A DNA stretch of 64,000 bases from Eledone cirrhosa (Eukaryota). The stretch spans positions 245,830,001-245,894,000 of the forward strand of contig OZ024742.1 in the NCBI GenBank assembly GCA_964016885.1, written 5' to 3'. The position numbers and the translations under genes were made by a program. Within the stretch, counting starts at the first letter, position 1. Every line of letters begins with the position of its first letter. Below the pieces are notes generated by a model, which saw nothing but the letters and a program-made list of their open reading frames with translations, ran no database searches and was not told the DNA's origin. Positions 37,570 to 48,868 of this stretch are shown piece after piece.

Positions 37570-38470
37570 ATGGGTTTGTCATGGCCAACTGGCCTGTCCC
37601 TACTCATAGTCGTGCCACCCAGTCCCAGGCTCTCAAAATATGGTTTTGTATTGAGAATGGTTTGTTGTGAGGAGAGGGCCCAGCTCCGAAACTGGGGTTT
37701 CGCTGTTAGAAGGGTTCAACGTAGCCAAATTGGCTTGTCCCTCCTCATAGTGGTGTAATCCATTGCTGAGCCCAAAACTGTGGTTCAGCTGTGAGATGGA
37801 TTTGGGAAAGCCCCAGGCTCCAAAATGTGGTCACGTACTGAGAACGGTTTGTCGCGTAGAGAGTACTCAGCCCCGAAACTGGAGGGCCACTGTGGGAGGG
37901 GTTAAGCGCAGCCAAATTGGCTTGTCTCTTCTCATAGTAGTGTCATCCAGTGCCGGGCTCGAAAAACTGTGTTCCTGCTGTGAGCCAGGCTGCCATACTG
38001 TGGTTCCACACCTATCCTTTCTCATAGTGGCATCATCCAGTATCGGGCACCTAAACTATGGTTACGCTGTGGGATGGGTTCAGCATGGCCAACTGGCCTG
38101 TCCATCCTCATGGTGGTGCATTTGATACTAGGCCATGAAACTATGGCTATGCTGTGAGATGGGTTAGGCTCCTAGTATTGGTGCCATCTAGTACTGGTCT
38201 CCAACTGGCTTCTTCGCATAGTGGAGCCATTCAACGCCAGGCTCCCAAATTGTGGTGCTCCAGCTGTCCCTCTTAATCCAGTATCAGGCCCCCAAAATGG
38301 TGGCTATGTTGTGAGATGGGTCAGGCTCCTCATATTGGTGCCTCCCAGTACCAGGCTCCTAAACTATGGCTTTGTTGTGAGATGGGGCAGGTTCCAAAAC
38401 TGTGGTTATGTTGTGAGACAGTTTGGCACGGCCAACTAGCCTGTCCCTTCTCATGATGGAGCCATCTAGT
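37570..38470. repeat. Diverged minisatellite (unit roughly 80-90 bp) followed by an RTE-type tail (38470-38665)
   Basis: Recurring GCCAACTGGCCTGTCC..CTCATAGTGGTGCCATCCAGT..CAGGCTCC.AAACTATGG..TGTGAGATGG motifs. Confidence 0.7.
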
Positions 38471-39149
38471 CCCACACTGTAAATGTGGTTGGTGTTAGGA
38501 AGGGCATCCAGCTGTAAAATATCCAGCCTAATGTATAGTCCTCGCCAGAGCAAGATGTAACGTTGGCCAATCATGGCCAGACTTGCTCCCTGGAATGGAC
38601 GACCTGTCTAACCCATGCAAGCATGGAAGAATTGACACTAAATGGAAATGATGATGATGATGATATAGTATATATGTACATATGTATATATGTATATATG
38701 TATATATATGTATATATATAGTAATAATAATAATAAATGCGAAGACTAAAATCCAAAGAGAGCTCAATAAGGATAAATATATATCAAATATATAAAAACC
38801 GTGCAAATATTTATTAAAATAACAGATTAAAGTTTAAGCAAAGAATCGCTGCTTTCAACCTTAACAGGATCTTCTGAAACTAAAAAAAGTCAATCTGTGA
38901 ACGCAGAAGTAAATATTTCGAAAAACGTTGCAACCGAAGGAAAACAGGAAGATGATACTTTGGTTCTTGAAGACGTTCTCTGGCAATGAACGGAAAAAAT
39001 CAAAGATAATACGTCATTATGTGGAGCGATGAGAACAATTACACACAAAGACTTTAATGTTATTTTAATAAATATATATATATATATATATATATAAGAG
39101 ATGTCAACATGAATGGACCTGCAATGTTTATCTAAAGACATTTTTTCCA

Positions 39150-39315
39150 ATTCCAACCCGCAAGTCCCCTCAATCTATCTTATTTCTCATTCTTTCTTCT
39201 GATGAAGGACTAGCACCCAAAACGTTAAGACCCTCTTCCTGCTATGTCAAGCATTAACCTAATATATCCCTTCCATATACTGTACTGATTGTGTTGTTAT
39301 TTCTGTTTACCTTTT

Positions 39316-39330
<15 letters not shown>
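39150..39330 (+). mobile_element. Short repeat family with a decayed hammerhead (other copies at about 9890-10090 and 51155-51320, both on -)
   Basis: Consensus UCUU-CUGAUGA-a-GGAC uagu GUCC-GAAA-CG-UU/AAGA; each copy has a core substitution. Confidence 0.6.
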
Positions 39331-39350
<20 letters not shown>

Positions 39351-39434
39351 GGGACTTAAATACCCATACTAGACTGCTAATCCAAAAGTTTAAAGTATGT
39401 CCTGAATGTTTCCTTTCATGATTTTGTCTTCCAG

Positions 39435-39518
39435 ATCAGTGCTCAGTCATCCAAATCAAAAATAGGTTCCATTATCTCAGAAAATCAACAGATATTTATT
39501 CAAACAGCCATCTACAAG
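39435..39518 (+). CDS. rGC exon (start of kinase-homology domain): ISAQSSKSKIGSIISENQQIFIQTAIYK
   Basis: ttccag| ... AAG|gtaac; Q.F..TA.YK motif; phase 0-0. Confidence 0.9.
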
Positions 39519-41289
39519 GTAACACCCATTTTTATACATTATTCAATTTTGATTTTATCTACTTTTAATGATGGCTGAATTATGATCAAACAATAAATAT
39601 AAGTGTGTACATAATGTTGTTGTTTAGCTCTACATCAGAGTTAATTGTTAATTGTGTTATAGGACTACAACACCCACTGCTTTATTCTCTTTTCTGTCAT
39701 AGAACAGACTACTTAGATGAAACCAATATAGGTGCATATGCACTTTAAAACAAAATGACATGTAGTTTGTTAGTTTATTTAAAGTGATCAGTTCAATTCA
39801 AACCTTTTGCATCAATTCTAACATGCACACTCCACAGATGCACAAAGACACATTATAAAATGTATGTGTATGTGTGTGTGTGATTTATTGATAGTTTACA
39901 CTTGTAAAAAGAGTAAAGAACCCCTTCCATCATGAATGATCATGGGTTTTGCACCTAGAAAGTTCCCCTCTGAGGCCCTGGCAAAGTACTTTTGTGGAAG
40001 ACCAGCTGTTGCCCATGCGTACCAGTCTCCTCTTGCCACACCACCAATGTTGTCCCTGGGAAAGGCAAATGCTAATACAGCTTGGCATCAGTTACATTGC
40101 AACTCATTTCTACACTATATATATACATTATATATACATTATGTACATTATATATACACTATATATATATCAGGTTGTCCAAGGGAATGGATAAGGCTGA
40201 TACAGTTTGACACAAGTGATGTTGCAACACATTTCTACAGCTAAATGGACAGGAACAATGGGAAATAAAGTGTCTTAGTGTCAGGCCCAAGGACAAAATG
40301 TATCACCTAATCCAGGAATCAAACTCACAATCTCATGATTGTGAATCCAACTATCTAACCCCTAAACTACACACATTCACTTCACACATGTACACATATA
40401 TGAATTGCAAATAAACAAAAAAAAAAAAAAAACGTACTCAATACATTCAGTACCATAGTAGAGATTAATAATATTTATCAAGATTGTCAGAGTCCTGTTA
40501 CTCTGGAGTTCTGTTCCAACCTTGTTACACATTGTGTCATGCTGAATCTCCCTCAGAAGTACGTTATGAGTATACATGTATCTTCAGAATATTTGGAAAC
40601 TTGCACATTAATTTCATGAGCAGGCTGTTCCATTATTCAAAATACAGGATCACAGAATGGAACTGATGGAGGTCCAATAACACACACAATCCACATTAGT
40701 GACATTTGAAGGTTGAAAGTCACATTGTTACCTCCACTCCCCCAACAAAGTCATAAAAGACAGGTCCACATAGTTAACTTCAGAGGTAAGAAACTCTCAG
40801 GAGAGCTGGACAGCAGAAAGTTTTCAGAAAAGCAACCCCACTCAACCGAGTGTTCTGGCTTTTAACTTCTTACACTCTAAGGGGGCCAGGCAGCAGCCAG
40901 GTCATGACTTCTGGATGCCATTCTGCTAATATTTAGCCATTTGGATATCATAGATTTGTGGTGTATTTAAACCATATGGAGATTTTGTTGACAGGTTCTA
41001 GCTGGAGCTCCTCTTTGTTGCCTCTGCTTTCAAATTTATATCTAAATGTTTCCTTGAGTTTGGAAAAATAACGTTGGTAGTCATGGCAGTAGTGAGATGT
41101 TAACAGTATCATCAACACTGCAAGAGTTACTTTCCTCATCATATGTTAAAATTCAAACATAACACCTTCAAATGGTATAGAGGTTGTTTTTGTTCCTCAT
41201 AGGCCAAGTTCATATAATACATAAAACCAAAATCTTTAGTAGTAAATCATTGACCCATTATTTCATTTTCATAATCATTTTTTTTACAG

Positions 41290-41367
41290 AGAGCATCTGT
41301 GGCAGTAAAAAAAATACCTTTCGTGGATGCTGTTTTAAGCAAGCGTTTAATTTGGGAGTTAAATGAG
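41290..41367 (+). CDS. rGC exon (KHD): RASVAVKKIPFVDAVLSKRLIWELNE
   Basis: tttacag| ... GAG|gtaaag; VAVK motif; phase 0-0. Confidence 0.9.
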
Positions 41368-41486
41368 GTAAAGAGATTTTTTTCAACATTCCACTGTATA
41401 TGATAATTAATTTTAATCTCTCTTTTTTGTTTTAAGTCTTTACAGGTATGTTAATTTGAATTTTGTGCAAACTGAATTAAATTTCC

Positions 41487-42405
41487 AATCTGTCCCAAAT
41501 CTAGAGACTCACCAGGCTGGGGTGTATACCAGTTTCATTGACATATCTGTCCCAAGTTTGGAGGTTCACCAGGCTGTGTGCGTATACCAGTTTCATTGGC
41601 ATATCTGTCCCAAGTTTGGAGGCTCACCAGGCTGGGGTGTATACCAGTTTCATTGGCATATCTGTCTCAAGTCTAGAGGCTCACCAGGCTGGTGTGTATA
41701 CGAGTTTCATTGACATATCTGTCTCAAGTCTAGAGGCTCACCAGGCTCACCAGGCTGGTGTGTATACCAGTTTCATTGACATATCTGTCTCAAGTCTAGA
41801 GGCTCACCAAGCTGGTGTGTATACCAGTTTCATTGACATATCTGTCTCAAGTCTAGAGGCTCACCAGGCTGGTGTGTATACCAGTTTCATTGACATATCT
41901 GTCTCAAGTCTAGAGGCTCACCAGGCTGGTGTGTATACCAGTTTCATTGACATATCTGTCTCAAGTTTAGAGGTTCACCAGGCTGGTGTATATACCAGTT
42001 TCATTGACATATCTGTCTCAAGTCTAGAGGCTCACCAGGCTGGTGTGTATACCAGTTTCATTGACATATCTGTCTCAAGTCTAGAGGCTCACCAGGCTGG
42101 TGTGTATACCAGTTTCATTGGCATATCTGTCTCAAGTCTAGAGGCTCACCAGGCTGGTGTATATACCAGTTTCATTGACATATCTGTCTCAAGTCTAGAG
42201 GCTCACCAAGCTGGTGTGTATACCAGTTTCATTGACATATCTGTCTCAAGTCTAGAGGCTCACCAGGCTGGTGTGTATACCAGTTTCATTGACATATCTG
42301 TCTCAAGTCTAGAGGCTCACCAGGCTGGTGTGTATACCAGTTTCATTGACATATCTGTCTTAGGTCTAGAGGCTCACCAGGCTGGTGTGTATACCAATTT
42401 CATTG
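41487..42405. repeat. 57-bp minisatellite, about 16 copies
   Basis: Unit CAGGCTGGTGTGTATACCAGTTTCATTGACATATCTGTCTCAAGTCTAGAGGCTCAC. Confidence 0.95.
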
Positions 42406-42848
42406 GGGTTAAATAACTTTGAGTACAAGTGTTGGTTGTAAGGTTAACCCCAGTAGCTGCTGGTACTAATTTATTTCAGCTGAGTGGATTGGATCCACAT
42501 TAAATGAAAATTAAAAACATAATGTGCAACCTGGTGCATTGATTTTAATACCTCATGCTTCATCTTATCTCCTGGTAACATGAAATACATTTTCAAATTA
42601 ACACCTAGGGGGTATTTTGAAAGTAACTTCTTTTTACCTCCCTGTGATTTCAGATACCCCACCACCTCAAATCATTCCCCGATGCCCTTCAACCCTTGTG
42701 GTTATAAAAGGTTTGTTATTGACAGAACCAGAGTTAAAAAAGAAAGATTATCTCTGGTGTTCAAACATAAACATCCAATGAAGGTAGAATAAAAATGTTA
42801 ACAGAGAGAGTATATTTTATATTTTGAAACAACTTACAGTCTTATATA

Positions 42849-43290
42849 TCATCATCATCATCATCACTGTTTAATGTCAAATTTTCCATACTAACATGGG
42901 TTAGACCAGTTTTCCTGTTGTGAGACAAGTTAGATCAAGTGACCATGTCTTGCTCATACATAACTGATTCTGGCTTGGTTTCTAATGCCAACCACATTTA
43001 CAGTGTGTACTGGGTGTTTTTTGCCTTTCCTAATGCCAACCACATTTACAGTGTGTACTGGGTGTTTTTTGTCTGCTGCATGCTTTTTGTCGTGTGGGCT
43101 GGGTGCTTTTTGGCATGTCACCTACATGAGCACTTTACAGTGAGCAATAGGTGTTTTTTGCAATGGCACCTACACGACCACTTTACAATGTGAGCTGGGT
43201 GCTTTTGTTGTGACACCTGCATGACCACTTTACAGTGTGGGTTGAGTGATTTTGTTGTGGCACCAAAATGACCACTTAACAGTGTGGGGT
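42849..43290 (-). mobile_element. RTE 3' tail with a short array of the 49-bp UTR unit
   Basis: (CAT)n tail, ccatactaacatggg, and repeated cactttacagtgtg.gctgggtgctttt. Confidence 0.75.
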
Positions 43291-43685
43291 GGGAGATGTG
43301 CATGGGGATTGGGGAGGTAGATCTAGGGACATTTTTTGTTGGATAATTTACAATGATCAAACATATAAGTGGCTGAGCATTCTACAGACACATATACTAA
43401 TCTCCAGTAAATTTATCATAATTACTAGTATAAGTTATGGAAGAACACATTGATTGTTCATTTTTGTTTTGAACTGTTTTCATTTTACATTTTACATTTG
43501 ACAAGAAGGTTTAACCCTGAAATAGGTTGAAATATACTGAGTAAAACATTACTTTGTTTTGTTTTATTTGCTATCCTTTGCCCTTTATATATATTTCTAC
43601 TGTATTGTACCAGCTTTCTGAAATTTATCTTTCAAATTACAATTTTAGTTAAATGGGTTTCTATTTCTCATGGTTATATACACAG

Positions 43686-43790
43686 ATCCGTCGAACACAC
43701 CACCAAAACCTGGTTCATTTTATTGGTGCCTGTATTGAAAAAAATGCAGTGTTAATACTAAATGAATACTGTAACAAAGGCAGTCTGCAT
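43686..43790 (+). CDS. rGC exon (KHD): IRRTHHQNLVHFIGACIEKNAVLILNEYCNKGSLH
   Basis: cacag| ... CAT|gtaagt; H.NL..FIGAC and EYC.KGSL motifs. Confidence 0.94.
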
Positions 43791-44969
43791 GTAAGTTATA
43801 TATTAGTTTCTCTTGATGTTTAAAGCTGAGAATTGGTCAAGTCATTGGGGCATTGGATTAAAAATAACTGAATATTTGTTCCACCTCACTGCCCTCTGAG
43901 TTCAAACATCACTAAGGTCAACTTTACCTTTCATCTTTTCGGGGTCGATAAATAAAGTACCAGGGTTGATTCTTCTACACGCACACGCACACACACACAC
44001 TCTCTCTCTCTTTCTCTGAAAAAACTGGCTGTATTCCAACCTGAAAAGAGATGGGCTCAGGTTTAAAATGCTCAAAACATGATGTATGTCAGAATAGCAC
44101 CCCTACAATTCCATCAGAAGTTAAGGGTCCTTGTTCCTTATTGTTGTTTAGCCCTGGGTCAGCATAAACTGAAGAAACTTAAGACCAAAGGTGCTCTAAA
44201 TGTAATCATCCTACCTTTCTGCTTTTCTGTATAACCAGGACTACATTATCTAATGTGTCCTTTCCTTTATAAAACCATAGGGTGTGATTTGAGGGAAACT
44301 TGGTTATTTCTAGTCAAGTCAATCAACTTCATAGAGACTCCCACATTGGCTAATTCAGTTTCTCCTATTAGGGACTAGGTACAGATTTGTTAGATACAGT
44401 GTAAAATTGATTCGCTTACCGAATAGGGTGGAACTCGTCAAATCAGATCAAGGAAACAATGTTTCCATTGGTCTTTCCATTGCTGATATTATCTACCTGT
44501 TGCAACTCCTGGCAGAAACAAAAACATGAAATAAAATGTCTTGCTTAGGGACATAACGCATAGCCCGGCCCAAGAATTGACTTGCAACCTCATCATTGTG
44601 AATCCAATTCTCTAACCATTAAGCCATTTACAAGTGTGTAAAAGAGGGGCAACTAAATACTAATGTACAGAATTATGTTTCCAGGTGGTTGAAGAGGAAA
44701 TTAGATGTAATTTATGTATATTTTTCCATGTGCAATTTCACTAATATTGAATATCAGAATATCAGACATATCTTTATTTTGAAGAAAAAAGTTTAGGAAA
44801 GAATTAATATTCAGCTCTACTTATACATAGCTTCTGTATAGCATATTATTATTATGCCAGTATGGATAACAAGGAAAATTATGTTACAGAGGGGATTATA
44901 AACCTGGACATTCCCTAACAACATATTGCTGCTTGGCACTACTGGAGAAAAGTGATATCATTAGAAGGT

Positions 44970-45380
44970 ACTAGCATGTATAGTGTGCATATTGATAGTA
45001 TATGCAAATATATATGCATGTAGATATGATATGTCAAATGAAATCATAATTGACAATATGCACAGAAATCGAAGAGAGACTGTGTTACACTGTCTTCTGT
45101 AATCAGTAAAGTAATCCATGATACATTATAAAAGACGATATTATATATAAACTGCATTAGGGTGTATTGACATTTAACAATTTTAAAAGAAGTGAATCTT
45201 AAAATAAGCAGTCATTATATATAAGAATATTTATGTTTAATCAACAGCTATGAAATTTAGTGCATAAATTATGTAATATTCATTCATTATTTATTCAAAG
45301 TAATCCAACTTATTTTACTAATGTGATAAAAAAAAATATTCAGGACACAGTCCCGCACTCCTCCCTTTTTTATATTATGA
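44970..45380 (-). mobile_element. Non-autonomous Helitron-like element, copy 1 (no terminal hairpin)
   Basis: Homologous to 47175-47947; minus strand begins A|TC and ends CTAG|T. Confidence 0.6.
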
Positions 45381-45945
45381 TTGTAATCATTGAAAGACAT
45401 TCTCTAGTAACACCATTGCTCCTTGGCAACATGATTTGTGGTATATAGTTATAGCCCTTTATGGTCTGAGTCCAAAGGTTAGCCATGCCTTTCATCCTTA
45501 CAAGGTCGAAAGCAATGCATTGGGGTCGATTTAATTCTCTTTCTCGTTCTCTTCAAATTGATGGCCTTATGTCAAAAAGTAGTAACAATTATTAAGGGCG
45601 GTAGATTGGTAGTATTAGTAGAGCACCGGACAACATGCTTTGTGGCATAGAAATGTAGTATTGAAAGGGTTAATAAACTCACTGAATGGTTCAACTGTGC
45701 CAGCAGGTTACATATTTATTGAAGAGTGAAAAGACAAATCTTAAGATTGTTATATAACCCTCACTGTTAATTGCCCTAAAATAGACACAAACAAGACAAT
45801 CCAATCCAATGGTATTCACAAACATAATATCCATAAACATACTCTCAACCTAACACACAAGATACATATCACAATATTAGATATAATTTAGTCATATATG
45901 TACATATATATATCTATATAGTCCTGCAGTTGCAAGAGTGGGAGG

Positions 45946-45991
45946 GATTGTCCTGATGAGAACTAGTTCAGTTCGAGATGTATCGACGATT
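45946..45991 (+). ncRNA. Hammerhead motif with GAAA>GAGA substitution
   Basis: GAUUGUC-CUGAUGA-GAACU aguuc AGUUC-GAGA-UGUA-UC/GACGAUU. Confidence 0.55.
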
Positions 45992-46172
45992 GTCCCCCTT
46001 GCTTCTGCTGGACACCACCAGGTAGTGATAGCTGCCTGTGTTTTTGCATAGCTATGGCTTTCTAAATGTTTATTTATAAACACACTGTATTTCTTTAGAA
46101 ATATGAAACTCCAATATATATCTGTATACAGCTATGCTTGAAGCTAAATTCTAATTCTACTCTCTATATATA

Positions 46173-46210
<38 letters not shown>

Positions 46211-46306
46211 GTACTTCATCGTCTGTGTTTCTTCATTTACTTTGCATACACAGACACACACACACATATATGTAGCTTTACTTGCTATCTTTCTCGATTG
46301 CAACAG

Positions 46307-46378
46307 GATCTTTTTGCTAATGAAACTGTCACTTTGGATCAGGATTTGCGTATTTCGTTCATCAAAGATCTTGTCAAG
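46307..46378 (+). CDS. rGC exon (KHD): DLFANETVTLDQDLRISFIKDLVK
   Basis: caacag| ... AAG|gtaagt; 72 nt, phase 0-0. Confidence 0.93.
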
Positions 46379-47141
46379 GTAAGTTTGTCTTGATTTCTAT
46401 ATATTATTATTGGTGGATTGGCAGTATCGGTAGAAAGTCGGACGCCATGTTTTCCAGCATAGTTACGTCCCTTTACAGTCTGAATTCAAATCCCACCGAG
46501 ATTAACTTTGCCTTTCATCCTTACGGGTTCAATAAAATAAAGTACCAGTAATGCACTGGGATAATTGCTGGCCTTGTGCCAAAAGTAGAAACAATTATTA
46601 TCATCATCATTATTACTATAGGGCGGTGGATTGGCAGTATTGGTAGAGGGTCGGATGCCATGCTTTGATGCATAGAGTTACGGCCCTTTCCATTCTGAGT
46701 TCAAATCCCGCCGAGGTTAACTTTACCTTTCATCCTACCGGGGTCGATAAAATAAAGTACCAGTAATGCACTGGTAAATTGCTGGCCTTGTGCCAAAAGT
46801 AGAAACAATTATTATTATAGGATAGGATGCCTAATGGTCAAACTATAACAGTTTTGATGGCCAGATGGTAAATTTATCAAATAGTTCATGTTAACTTCAA
46901 TCAAAACCATTTCCTCGGGTGTGGAATGTTCTTCGCTGATTGACATGTAATGGAGGTGGTGAGGCTGTATTGCAGCAGTGGAAGGAGAAAGGAATAATGA
47001 AACCCTATCATCATCATCATCACTATTTAACGTCCATTTTTTCCCCTGCTAGCATAGGGTTGACCTATATGTGTGTGTTCATGAAATACAAGTCAACAGG
47101 TTAGAATTTACTTCATTTATTCATAATTGCTATTATATGTA

Positions 47142-47947
47142 CTAGCAGAAAAACCACCCTTCGGGTGGTTTTCTGCTAGTATGTGTAGTGTGTATATTGA
47201 TATTATACGCAGGTATATATGCATGTAGATATCATCATCATCATCATTTTACGTCTACTTTTCCCTGCTTGCAAGGGTGGAATGGGAACTGATTCTGGCT
47301 TGATTTCTACAGCTGGATGCCCTTCCTAACACCAACCTCACAGTGAGTGCTGGGTGCTTTTTTTGCTGTGGCACCTCCACGACCACTTTGCAGTGGAATG
47401 ATATGGACCCCAGTCCCTATCATCTCATTTCTACAGCTGAGTAAACTAGAGCAATGTGAAATAAAGTGTCTTGCTCAAGGAAACATCACATCACCCGGTC
47501 TGAGAATTGAACTCACAACCTTTCGATTGCAAGGCCAATGCTCTAACCACTAAGCCATGTGTCATATGATCAAATAAAATTGTAATTGACAATATCCACA
47601 GAAATTGAACGAAGACTGCGTTACACTGTCTTATGTAATCAGTAACGTAATCCATGATACATTAAAAAAGACGATATTATATATAAACTGCATGAGGATA
47701 AAATTAGTGACAGAAAATTAGTATGTTTATTTAAACAATGGCCAACCGGAAGTGTTGACATTTCAGAAATTTTAAAGAAGTGAATCTTTAAATAAACAAA
47801 ATATATTTAATCAACAGCCACAAAATTTAGTAGATAAATTATGTAATATTCATTAATTATTTATTCAAAGTAATCCAACTTATTTTACTAATGGGATAAA
47901 AAATTATAAACCGTACGCAGTCCCGCACTCCTTTATTATAGTTTAGA
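47142..47947 (-). mobile_element. Non-autonomous Helitron-like element, copy 2, interrupted by a SINE
   Basis: Minus strand A|TCTAAACTATAATAAA ... ACCACCC-gaa-GGGTGGT hairpin ... CTAG|T. Confidence 0.7.
47231..47561 (-). mobile_element. SINE family 2 nested in the Helitron-like element
   Basis: Near-identical to 50748-51091; absent from the 44970-45380 copy. Confidence 0.88.
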
Positions 47948-48195
47948 TTTCGGTGATAACTGTTGCATAACAGTTATCACCAAAATATATATAACAAAAA
48001 AACTTAATAAAAATTACAAATACATGAATGGAGGCTTACACATAGAATGGCACAGAGATTCTAGCATCAATCCAGGCTGCCTTCTAAGACACTAAAAAAA
48101 AAAAAAAAGAGAAATATATTTGACAATAATTATAATGAAGCATTGAGTATATGTAGCCGATCTCTCAGTCACTTACAAAGCACTGAGAATATAAA

Positions 48196-48463
48196 GTTTA
48201 TATAAAGAATGATATGCTCATGCATAGAGATGCTATAGAATAGGGTGAAAACCCTTAAAAGACAGAACAAGAAGTTGTCATTGACTGCTATGAAAGATCA
48301 GACCCCATATCTCCCAGATATCGGCTAAGCAGTTCTGGGAGATATGGAGTTCAATTCCTCATAGTGGCCGATGAAACTTATTTTTCTGTCTTTTAAGGGA
48401 TTTCACTTCATTTTGTAAGCTATTTTAAAATCATCTCCAAGCTCACCATTCTTTATATTAACT
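48196..48463. repeat. Imperfect foldback palindrome (MITE-like)
   Basis: cccttaaaagacagaa/ttctgtcttttaaggg; ccatatctcccaga/tctgggagatatgg; atataaagaatg/cattctttatat. Confidence 0.8.
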
Positions 48464-48799
48464 ATTGAATAATTGTAATATTCTATATTTTGACAAAATT
48501 GTGTTTCATATCAATATTTTGTTATATATTTAAAACAAGATAGAGGGCCTCTAAACTATGTAGCAATGTGCCCACATAGCCAATATGTAAATCCAGTGTT
48601 GTAAGGGTAATATTAGACATTTTTCAGGACCCAAGGGTATAGAAAAGAATTATGAAAGAGGCAAAATAAAGATAAAAAGAAACTATGTTTGAATCTGAAA
48701 GGCTTTTCATAAAATCTGAAAGGCTTTTCATAAAGGTTATCCAAAGCAATTATGGGATTCATTGTGATTATTCTTATTATTTCTACCTCAATAATCCTG

Positions 48800-48867
<68 letters not shown>

Positions 48868-48868
48868 C

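Noticed and set aside
41538-42416. 292-aa repeat protein gene
   Set aside because: No ATG start; a stop-free 57-bp unit inside an intron; almost no divergence pattern suggesting coding selection.
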